Origin: Clostridia bacterium | GTDB taxonomy: Bacteria > Bacillota > Clostridia > Christensenellales > CAG-138 | Assembly (NCBI GenBank): GCA_017394835.1 | Contig: JAFPXD010000067.1 | Span: 15,929 to 79,928 of the forward strand | DNA: 64,000 bases | Reading direction: 5' to 3' | Shown: positions 11,012 to 18,450 of the stretch, one piece after another | Numbering within the stretch: the first letter of the stretch is position 1 | Layout: each line of letters starts with the position of its first letter | Notes under the pieces: model-generated | Databases searched by the model: none | What the model saw: the letters and a program-made list of their open reading frames with translations, nothing else | What the model was told of the DNA's origin: nothing | Translations under genes and position numbers: made by a program

Positions 11012-11758
11012 ATGGAATCTTCGATGGAAAGATGGTACGAGGCCGCGTTCAAAAGGGTCTCCGTTCGCAAATACTCCGGCAGCGCTTCAAGGGATGAGCT
11101 GCGCGTCCTCAAGGAGGCCGCAAAATACTTCAGCACCGACGACGTCCGCATAGTCGTCGGCAGGCAGGAAGGCATTTTCAATCCCCTTATCGGCAAGCTC
11201 ATCTCCGGCACCGAAACATTCGCCGCTTTGATAAGCTGTGAGGGCGATCACGATTATATGGTCGGATCCGTTGGAGAGGCCTTCGTGCTTGAATGCACCG
11301 CGATGGGGCTCGGCACTTGCTGGGTTGGCGGCACCTATAACAGGAATATTGCCAATCAATGCATCAGATTGGATCCCGAAACGGAAAAGATACGCTGTCT
11401 CATAGCGATCGGTCATTATGACAAATTGCCCGAAAGAAAAAGGAACCGCAAGACGATCCAAAATCTTACGGGGATAGAGGAGAGGGAATTCGAATTGCTG
11501 CCCGAATGGCAGAGATCCGCTGTCGAATGCGCAAGGATAGCGCCCTCCGCAAGGAATTATCAGCCCTGGGAATTTGACGTTTTGAAGGATTCTCTGCAGG
11601 TCGCCTGTATTTCCAAGAATTTCGGTTTCGGCGGTATCGACTGCGGAATCGCCATGCTGCATATAGAGATCGGCGCCGCACATTGCGGCATATACGGCGA
11701 TTGGCAGGTCGAGGACAGGCTTCCGCTGTTCACGATCGATTACAATCTCGATACATGA
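11012..11758 (+). CDS. Nitroreductase-family protein with atypical motif order
   Basis: RVSVRKY (aa 15-21), GLGTCWVGG core, and [12 protein letters not shown] only at aa 177-188. RBS GGAGG. Confidence 0.7.
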   Translation: MESSMERWYEAAFKRVSVRKYSGSASRDELRVLKEAAKYFSTDDVRIVVGRQEGIFNPLIGKLISGTETFAALISCEGDHDYMVGSVGEAFVLECTAMGLGTCWVGGTYNRNIANQCIRLDPETEKIRCLIAIGHYDKLPERKRNRKTIQNLTGIEEREFELLPEWQRSAVECARIAPSARNYQPWEFDVLKDSLQVACISKNFGFGGIDCGIAMLHIEIGAAHCGIYGDWQVEDRLPLFTIDYNLDT

Positions 11759-12231
11759 AACGCGTAACGATCTATACCGACGGCGCGTGCTCGGGAAATC
11801 CCGGGCCCGGAGGCTGGGCGGCGATACTCATGTATAAGGATAAGCGGCGCGAATTATCCGGTGGGTGCGTGAATACGACCAATAACCGCATGGAAATGAC
11901 CGCCGCCATAATGGCGCTCAAAGCCTTGAAGGAGCCGTGCTCCGTGGATCTTTATACTGACAGCGCATATCTTTCAAACGGCTTTAACGAGCATTGGATA
12001 GACAACTGGGTTCGCCGCGGCTGGAAAAAGGCCGATAAAAAACCTGTTGAAAACACCGATCTTTGGCAGGAGCTTTACGCGCTTTCAAAAGCTCACGCCG
12101 TGACCTGGCACAAGGTCAAGGGCCATGCAGACAACGAATTCAATAACCGCTGCGATCAGATGGCGCGTGCGGAAGTTAAAAATCTCATTGAAAGCACAAA
12201 GCCCGATGATGATGCGTCTTCCGTGAAATGA
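11755..12231 (+). CDS. rnhA: Ribonuclease HI
   Basis: [22 protein letters not shown] start and a conserved DEDD-type core ([26 protein letters not shown]). ATGA overlap with the upstream gene; the track start at 11683 is an extension. Confidence 0.9.
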   Translation: MKRVTIYTDGACSGNPGPGGWAAILMYKDKRRELSGGCVNTTNNRMEMTAAIMALKALKEPCSVDLYTDSAYLSNGFNEHWIDNWVRRGWKKADKKPVENTDLWQELYALSKAHAVTWHKVKGHADNEFNNRCDQMARAEVKNLIESTKPDDDASSVK

Positions 12232-12284
12232 GTCACGAAAGGGCCCGGCTGTTCTAAAATAATATATTTTTGATTATCCGTATT

Positions 12285-12320
12285 CAACATTGCGTTAAAC
12301 TTGCCTTTAACGCAATGTTG
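12285..12320. repeat. Perfect 15-6-15 palindrome (CAACATTGCGTTAAA cttgcc TTTAACGCAATGTTG)
   Basis: Read directly from the sequence. The -35-like TTGCCT (12301-12306) sits in the 6-bp centre. An extended -10 TGTTATAAT (12321-12329) abuts the right arm. Confidence 0.9.
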
Positions 12321-12354
12321 TGTTATAATAAGGCAAAGCAAAGGAGGCTTCCCC

Positions 12355-13476
12355 ATGAGCGATTATTCGGTTGAAAAAAAGAAAAAATACACCGTCAAGC
12401 TTCGCGAGCTCATTTTGGAGCTTCCGAAATGCTGCACGGATTTCTTCCGCGGCATCGAGCTTACAACGGGCGTTATGACCAGATACGGTTATGCTGTCGA
12501 TCTGAGGACTTTTTTCACTTATCTCATGGGTACCGATCTCTGCGCCGGGATCGATTCCATGCGCAGTATCGGTTACGATATTCTCGAACAAGTCGATCAG
12601 GTATGCATCGAATGCTTTCTCGAATACGTATCGCTTTATCAGCCCAGCGATGAATCCGATGAGCTCGTTATAAACGGCGAACGCGCAAAGGCCCGTAAGC
12701 TTTCGGCGATACGCGCGCTTTTCAAGTATTTATACAAAAAAGAGCGTATCATAAACAACGCCCCCGCCCTCGTGGATACGCCCAAGCTGCACGAAAAGCC
12801 CATAATCCGTCTCGAGCCGGATGAGATGGCAAAGCTGCTCGATACTGTGGAAAGCGGCGACGGTCTTACGGAACGGCAGAAAATATATCATCAGTCGAAT
12901 TCAGTACGCGATACAGCTATTATTACATTATTCCTCGGTACCGGTATGCGTATAAGCGAGCTTGTGGGGATCGACCTGGACGATCTCAATTTCATGTCCA
13001 ACGAGGTCAGGATAACCCGCAAGGGCGGCAATGAGGAACAGGTCGTTTTCGGTTCGGACGTGCGCCACGCCCTCCTCGAATACATGGTTTACCGCGAATC
13101 CGTTATCCCTGCCGAAGGGCATGAAAAAGCCTTCTTCCTCTCCATGCAGAAAAAGCGCATGAGCGTGCGTTCGGTCGAAATTCTCGTTAAGAAATATGCG
13201 AAAATTGCGGCGCCTTTGAAGAAGATCTCTCCTCATAAGCTTCGCAGCACGTACGGCACCATGCTCTACCGCGAAACGGGCGACATTTATCTTGTTGCCG
13301 ATGTTTTGGGACACAAGGATGTAAACACCACACGCAAGCATTACGCGGCCATGAGCGAAGACAGGCGGCGACTGGCGGCAGAGGTCATTAAGCTCAGGGA
13401 CGATTCCCCCGCCCACGACTTTCCCAAAGATACGGGAAAAGACATCCCACCGGAAAACCCCGATGCAGAGGAATGA
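12355..13476 (+). CDS. Tyrosine site-specific recombinase (XerC/XerD-like, phage-integrase family)
   Basis: Complete catalytic set: R in GTGMRISEL, HKLRSTYGT (H-x-x-R) and LGHKDVNTTRKHY (H...Y). N-terminal SAM-like core-binding domain. RBS AAAGGAGG precedes ATG 12355. Confidence 0.85.
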   Translation: MSDYSVEKKKKYTVKLRELILELPKCCTDFFRGIELTTGVMTRYGYAVDLRTFFTYLMGTDLCAGIDSMRSIGYDILEQVDQVCIECFLEYVSLYQPSDESDELVINGERAKARKLSAIRALFKYLYKKERIINNAPALVDTPKLHEKPIIRLEPDEMAKLLDTVESGDGLTERQKIYHQSNSVRDTAIITLFLGTGMRISELVGIDLDDLNFMSNEVRITRKGGNEEQVVFGSDVRHALLEYMVYRESVIPAEGHEKAFFLSMQKKRMSVRSVEILVKKYAKIAAPLKKISPHKLRSTYGTMLYRETGDIYLVADVLGHKDVNTTRKHYAAMSEDRRRLAAEVIKLRDDSPAHDFPKDTGKDIPPENPDAEE

Positions 13477-14368
13477 GCCCGCCTTCATAAACATATCCTT
13501 CAGTATGAAGGAAGCCGGTAAAAAACATATAAAAGCAAGGATCGCCGCCGTCCTCGGCATAGCGGTCCTTTTGTTATACGCAGCGCTTTCGCCCCCTTTC
13601 TTTAAGGAGCGGCTTGGCGCCGATCCTTACGGGCAATGGCTGCAGTATAAGCGCGAACCGCCCTTGGGGATCATAACGGTTTGGCATATAGTGGGAGTCA
13701 GGCCTTATATCGGGAGCCTTGGGAACCGCATAGACAAGTGTGCAAGGGAATATCAAAAAAGGTTCATAGGCGTGTATTATAACGTCAAAGCCTACACGCC
13801 CGAGGAGGCGCGCCGTGAGATGGAACGAGGAATAACACCCGATATAATGAGCTTTCCCGCGGGGGAATATCCGGAAGATATGTTCCTTCCGCGAGAAAAT
13901 GAAAGCTCTCCCCTGCCCGCAGCCGAGCTCTTTTGCCTTTCAAAGCGTGTTATCGCTTTCGATCCCTCAGCATTTGGGGATGAAGGCTTTTCTGCCGCAG
14001 CATCCTCATTCGGTACCGAGGAAGAATTCAAAAGAGGCAAAGTCTCAGCTTGTATATGCGATATAAGGAGCGCGGGCAACATGCTTCGGGCTGTACAGAT
14101 GGGAAAAATGCGGTATTTTGAGCTTGTTCCTTCCGATGAAGCGCCCCTTGCGCAATACCTGGGGATAATGAAAGGTATCGACCCCGTAAAGCTGCCCTAT
14201 GCGGAAGGCTTGATCCAAAGACTTCTTGAAGATGAAATGCAGTCTTCGCTCTGCGGGATAGGCCTCTTCCCCGCCTCCTCCAAAACGGCCGCCGAATTCG
14301 ATTCGGATTGGCTGCGCGAGCTTTACGAAAGCCTCGACCGCGGGCTTGTTCCCGGTCCTTTCGATTAG
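13463..14368 (+). CDS. Hypothetical membrane-anchored protein, solute-binding-protein-like ectodomain
   Basis: TM anchor IAAVLGIAVLLLYAAL, then ITVWH / PDIMSFPAG segments reminiscent of type-2 periplasmic binding proteins. Start is either 13463 (overlaps the recombinase stop) or 13505. Confidence 0.5.
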   Translation: MQRNEPAFINISFSMKEAGKKHIKARIAAVLGIAVLLLYAALSPPFFKERLGADPYGQWLQYKREPPLGIITVWHIVGVRPYIGSLGNRIDKCAREYQKRFIGVYYNVKAYTPEEARREMERGITPDIMSFPAGEYPEDMFLPRENESSPLPAAELFCLSKRVIAFDPSAFGDEGFSAAASSFGTEEEFKRGKVSACICDIRSAGNMLRAVQMGKMRYFELVPSDEAPLAQYLGIMKGIDPVKLPYAEGLIQRLLEDEMQSSLCGIGLFPASSKTAAEFDSDWLRELYESLDRGLVPGPFD

Positions 14369-14371
14369 TGC

Positions 14372-14400
14372 TTGCAAAAACCTTCCCGACATGGTAATAT
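14372..14400 (+). promoter_or_regulatory. Sigma-A promoter (TTGCAA-17 nt-TAATAT with TG extension)
   Basis: -35 at 14372-14377, TGG then TAATAT at 14392-14400, 54 nt upstream of ATG 14454. Confidence 0.6.
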
Positions 14401-14432
14401 ATATTGAAAGCGGTTTTCCCGCGTATTACCAT
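14391..14432. repeat. 9-bp perfect inverted repeat with 24-bp spacer (ATGGTAATA ... TATTACCAT)
   Basis: Read directly from the sequence. The left arm overlaps the -10 element. Confidence 0.85.
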
Positions 14433-14453
14433 CGATGAAAGGCAGGGCGCTGT

Positions 14454-15059
14454 ATGAGCTTATTGGATCAGTTAGTAAGAAGGATCAAGACGACGCTGAA
14501 GAATGACGTCGGCAAAAAAATCGAAAACTCAATGATGAACGCCATAAACAATACGAAGAAGACCATCCGTTTCGATCATCTTCCCACCTCCGTTGAGGAT
14601 CTTAAGACCCTCCCCGGCGGGGATCTTTCCGATCCCTTTGAGGTCGCGGCGCTGACGATAGCCGTGCTCGCAAGGTTCCCCGAGGATGAGGAAGCCTGCT
14701 ATGCCATGATCGATTATCTTAAAGGGCCCCGACCCATGAACCCCATGGAGAAGCAGTTCGTTTCCGATAGGTTCATGGATGGAGTCGATTACATTCCCCG
14801 TTCCTATTTCGGCGGCTGTACGGTCGAAAACGACTATACCCCCAACGTGCCCTATACGGTTGACGTTTGGGAGCTCGGCCCCAGCAGGGAGAATTACTCT
14901 CAGGGCTATTACCGCCTCTATCTCAATTCCGCGGGCGCGGATTCCGCGCGCTTCCTCGATCTTCGCCTTAAGCCCTCCACAAAGCAGTGGTTCCTTTGGG
15001 AATACGGTGGACTTCTCAGCGGCATAAGAGTGCCTCAGAGCAAGAACGAGTGGGCGTAA
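14454..15059 (+). CDS. Conserved hypothetical protein (201 aa, soluble)
   Basis: ORF with its own promoter and terminator. No catalytic motif recognised. Confidence 0.6.
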   Translation: MSLLDQLVRRIKTTLKNDVGKKIENSMMNAINNTKKTIRFDHLPTSVEDLKTLPGGDLSDPFEVAALTIAVLARFPEDEEACYAMIDYLKGPRPMNPMEKQFVSDRFMDGVDYIPRSYFGGCTVENDYTPNVPYTVDVWELGPSRENYSQGYYRLYLNSAGADSARFLDLRLKPSTKQWFLWEYGGLLSGIRVPQSKNEWA

Positions 15060-15081
15060 TCCCTCAATAAAATCGAATTCC

Positions 15082-15114
15082 AGGCCGCCGTATTATCACG
15101 GCGGCCTTTCTTTA
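15082..15114 (+). terminator. Intrinsic terminator
   Basis: AGGCCGCCG-tattatca-CGGCGGCCT followed by TTCTTTA. Confidence 0.8.
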
Positions 15115-15190
15115 TGCCCTTTTCGTGCGAAACACCGAAAATATAATCTCTCATTGTAAAAAAGGGGGTTACGGTATTGACCTTTATATG

Positions 15191-15236
15191 ATATAATTAC
15201 TATTTGGGACTATCCCGATCAAATCAGTAATTATAT
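15191..15236. repeat. 11-bp perfect inverted repeat with 24-bp spacer (ATATAATTACT ... AGTAATTATAT) upstream of ord
   Basis: Read directly from the sequence. The left arm overlaps TGATATAAT (15189-15197), the right arm ends 6 nt before the GGAGG RBS, and the spacer holds an inner GGGA/TCCC pair. Confidence 0.85.
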
Positions 15237-15251
15237 TCACGGAGGTCAATT

Positions 15252-16298
15252 ATGGAAAATGTAAAGGTTGCTATTTGGGGCTTCGGCGCCATGGGTTCCG
15301 GCATCGCAAGGATGCTCCTCGGCAAGAAGGGCGTTGAGATCACCGGCGTATGCGATATGTGGGATAAGCTCAACGGTATGAGCATATTCGAGCGCCTCGG
15401 CATCGAGCGCGGCGACCGCAAGGATGTTCTTATCTCCAACGACATCAACACCGTCATCTACAAGGGCGCTGCCGACGTTGCGATAGTCGCCACCGATTCC
15501 TTCGTTCCCGCCGTATTCCCCAAGCTCAAGTTCGTCCTTGAGAACGGCATCAACGTTGTTACCACTGCCGAGGAAATGGCTTACCCCAAGGCTCAGCATC
15601 CCGAGCTCGCCGCAGAGCTTGACCGCATCGCCAAGGAGAACGGCGTTTCCGTTCTCGGCACCGGCATCAATCCCGGCCTCATGATGGATCTTCTTGCTAT
15701 CTGCCTTTCCGGCTGCATGATCGACGTTGAAAGCGTTATGTGCAAGCGCGTCAACTCCCTCTCCCCCTTCGGCCCCGCCGTTATGAAGGAGCAGGGCATC
15801 GGCATCACCGTCGATGAATTCAATAAGGGCGTTGAGGACGGTTCCCTCGCGGGTCATGTGGGCTTTGAAGAGAGCGCCGGCATGATCGCCGAAGCGCTCG
15901 GCTGGAAGATCGACAAGTTCGAAAAGCAGATGGCCCCCATCGTCACCAAGGTCGATCGTCAGGCTCCCTACGGCTTCGCCGCCGCGGGCAACGTTGCGGG
16001 CGTCAATATGACCGCTCAGGCTTACGTTGACGGCAAGATGAGGATCGATCTCATCCATCCCCAGCAGATCGAGCCCGAAATGGAAGGCACTCATACCGGC
16101 GATTACGTTGTTATCGAAGGCACTCCCGCGATCCACGTTGCCAATACTCCCGAAGTTGAAGGCGGCCTTGGCACCATTGCGATGTGCGTCAACATGATCC
16201 CCCACGTCATCAACGCGAAGCCCGGCCTCAAGACCATGATCGATCTGCCTGTTCCCCACGCCATAATGGGCGATTTCCGTGACTATATAGAAAAATAA
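15252..16298 (+). CDS. ord: 2,4-diaminopentanoate dehydrogenase
   Basis: N-terminal Rossmann motif VAIWGFGAMGSG and a DapB-like fold. First gene of an ord-ortA-ortB-oraS-oraE order matching the Clostridium sticklandii ornithine cluster. Confidence 0.85.
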   Translation: MENVKVAIWGFGAMGSGIARMLLGKKGVEITGVCDMWDKLNGMSIFERLGIERGDRKDVLISNDINTVIYKGAADVAIVATDSFVPAVFPKLKFVLENGINVVTTAEEMAYPKAQHPELAAELDRIAKENGVSVLGTGINPGLMMDLLAICLSGCMIDVESVMCKRVNSLSPFGPAVMKEQGIGITVDEFNKGVEDGSLAGHVGFEESAGMIAEALGWKIDKFEKQMAPIVTKVDRQAPYGFAAAGNVAGVNMTAQAYVDGKMRIDLIHPQQIEPEMEGTHTGDYVVIEGTPAIHVANTPEVEGGLGTIAMCVNMIPHVINAKPGLKTMIDLPVPHAIMGDFRDYIEK

Positions 16299-16358
16299 AA
16301 CCTTAGGGGAGCTCCTTTTTAGGGGCTTCCCAAAGCTGTTTATATGGAGGTATTTTAA

Positions 16359-16658
16359 ATGGCAAAGAAAGGCGATTGGGTGCAGATCCATAACGTAGTT
16401 CTGCCTCCCGAGGAGCGTTCTTCCTCTCTTCCCGACGATACGAAGGTCAATCCTCTTGAAATGTGGGTAAAGGGTTACCTGCAGGAGGACGCCGAGATCG
16501 GCGAAGTGGCTGAGGTCGTCACCCGCACCGGCCGTCACGCCAAGGGCGAGGTCGTTAAGGTCAACCCCTATTTCGAGCATAACTTCGGTTTCTTCGTGCC
16601 CGAAGTGCTCGAGATCGGCGATATGGTGCGCAAGATCACTTTCGGAGGTGAAGATTGA
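16359..16658 (+). CDS. ortA: 2-amino-4-ketopentanoate thiolase, alpha subunit
   Basis: 99-aa protein (MAKKGDWVQIHNVVL...) directly upstream of, and overlapping, the PLP beta subunit. Confidence 0.85.
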   Translation: MAKKGDWVQIHNVVLPPEERSSSLPDDTKVNPLEMWVKGYLQEDAEIGEVAEVVTRTGRHAKGEVVKVNPYFEHNFGFFVPEVLEIGDMVRKITFGGED

Positions 16659-18052
16659 TGGATAACAGCTATGACGCGATAATGGCCCGCAAGAACGAGA
16701 TCATAAAGAATGCCGTCGGCATGGACTTTGAGAAATTCGAAAAGCCCGGCATCGGCTTCGATTATGAGGCCATGATGGAAGCCACCGGCTACACCATTGA
16801 TGAGATCAGGCGCGTGCAGTCCATGTTCTCCATCGGCAACACTCCTCTGATCGAGCTCAAGAATCTGACAGAGCTTGCGAGAAAGTGCGCTCCCGAAGGC
16901 AAGGGCGCCCGCATATTCATAAAGGACGAAGCTTCCAACCCCTCCGGCTCCTTCAAGGCGCGCCGTGCCTGCACGAGCGTTTATCAGGCGAAGAAGCTGG
17001 GTTACAAGGGCGTTGTTACCGCAACGAGCGGCAATTACGGCGCCGCCGTCGCCTGCTGTGCGGCTATGGCGGGCTTGAAGTGCATCGTCGTTCAGGAATG
17101 CTACGATTCCAAGGGCGTCGGTCAGCCCGAGATCATTGAGAAGGCCAGGAAGTGCGAAGCGCTTGGCGCTGAGGTAGTTCAGCTCACCGTCGGTCCCGAG
17201 CTCTTCTCCACCGTGCTCCAGCTTCTTGAGGAGACCGGCTATTTCAACGCTTCCCTTTATACTCCCTTCGGCATCGCCGGAGTAGAGACCCTTGGCTATG
17301 AGATCGCCGAGCAGTTCCGCGCCAAGATCGGCAAGGATCCCGACGTTGTGGTATGCACCAACGCGGGCGGCGGCAACCTCACGGGCACCGCGCGCGGACT
17401 TCGCAAGGCCGGCTGCAATGCCAAGGTCATCGCGGCTTCCGTAAACCTTTCCGGTCTGCACATGGCTTCCGACGCGCAGTTCAATAAAAAGAGCTTCACC
17501 ACGGGCCATACCGGATTCGGCGTTCCCTATTCCGTAAACCCCGATCATTCCGACGTTCCTAGGAGCGCGGCCCGTCCTCTCCGCTATATGGACAGATACG
17601 TTACCGTCACTCAGGGCAGCGTCTTCTATATCACGGAGTGCCTGGCTTCCCTTGAAGGTCTTGAGAAGGGCCCCGCGGGCAACACCTCGCTTGCCGCCGC
17701 GTTCCGTCTGGCGCAGGATCTTGATCGCGATCAGTGCATCGTCGTTCAGGAGACCGAATACACCGGCGCGGGCAAGCACATCAATCCCCAGCTCTCCTTC
17801 GCAAGGCAGAACGGCATCGACATCCACTTCGGCGATCCCAAGGATGAGATCCCCGGCAAGAACATAATCCTTCCCGCTCATCCCTCCCTTATCCAGGTCA
17901 CAGATCTCGATCTCGATCATATGCGCAGATCCCGCATAAAGAGGGCCGTCGGCACTCATAAGGATGAGCTTACGGATGAGGATATCCGCTTCCTCATGGA
18001 GGAGACCAATTCTTCCGAAGAATTCGTCCGCAGCGCCGTCGCAGCGCTTTAA
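16658..18052 (+). CDS. ortB: 2-amino-4-ketopentanoate thiolase, beta subunit (PLP-dependent)
   Basis: Trp-synthase-beta-like PLP fold with lysine motif NPSGSFKARRA. ATG 16658 overlaps the ortA stop; the track start at 16655 is a TTG. Confidence 0.85.
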   Translation: MDNSYDAIMARKNEIIKNAVGMDFEKFEKPGIGFDYEAMMEATGYTIDEIRRVQSMFSIGNTPLIELKNLTELARKCAPEGKGARIFIKDEASNPSGSFKARRACTSVYQAKKLGYKGVVTATSGNYGAAVACCAAMAGLKCIVVQECYDSKGVGQPEIIEKARKCEALGAEVVQLTVGPELFSTVLQLLEETGYFNASLYTPFGIAGVETLGYEIAEQFRAKIGKDPDVVVCTNAGGGNLTGTARGLRKAGCNAKVIAASVNLSGLHMASDAQFNKKSFTTGHTGFGVPYSVNPDHSDVPRSAARPLRYMDRYVTVTQGSVFYITECLASLEGLEKGPAGNTSLAAAFRLAQDLDRDQCIVVQETEYTGAGKHINPQLSFARQNGIDIHFGDPKDEIPGKNIILPAHPSLIQVTDLDLDHMRRSRIKRAVGTHKDELTDEDIRFLMEETNSSEEFVRSAVAAL

Positions 18053-18084
18053 TGAAGCTAAACAACACACACGGAGGTTTATTT

Positions 18085-18450
18085 ATGAAACGTGACGACG
18101 ATTTCAAAGATCGCCATCAGCATTTGAAGGATCTGACCGATGAGCAGATCGATGCTCGCTTCTGGGAGCTTGCGAATAAGCTCGTCGATCCCCTTCTTCA
18201 GATGGGCAAGGAGTACACTTCTCCCGCTATAGAGCGTTCCGTTCTTCTTCGCATGGGCTTCTCCTCCATCGAGGCGAAGGCAATAGTGGAAGGCTGTATG
18301 GAGCGTTCGCTCATGTGCTACGGCGCAGGCAACGTGGTTTACCGTCTTGCCAAGGCCAAGGGCATGGAGATCCGTCCCGCGGGTCTCGAACTTGTGAACG
18401 GCCGTCTTTGGGACGAAGCCGCCGATCTTTTCAAGGGAGGTAACGAATAA
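18085..18450 (+). CDS. oraS: D-ornithine 4,5-aminomutase subunit S
   Basis: 121-aa small subunit. RBS ACGGAGG precedes ATG 18085. The stop overlaps the oraE start. Confidence 0.85.
   Translation: MKRDDDFKDRHQHLKDLTDEQIDARFWELANKLVDPLLQMGKEYTSPAIERSVLLRMGFSSIEAKAIVEGCMERSLMCYGAGNVVYRLAKAKGMEIRPAGLELVNGRLWDEAADLFKGGNE

Noticed and set aside
9631-11211. 526-aa ORF on the minus strand
   Set aside because: It is fully antisense to uvrA, whose ABC and zinc-finger motifs are unambiguous on the plus strand. The translation is low-complexity with no RBS or motif. It is a typical stop-poor shadow frame in GC3-rich coding DNA.
12232-15250. Integrated mobile element or prophage remnant around the tyrosine recombinase
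   Set aside because: No phage, transposase, plasmid or toxin-antitoxin genes and no flanking direct repeats were seen. The composition looks similar to the flanks by eye. I kept it only as a low-confidence possibility in the findings.
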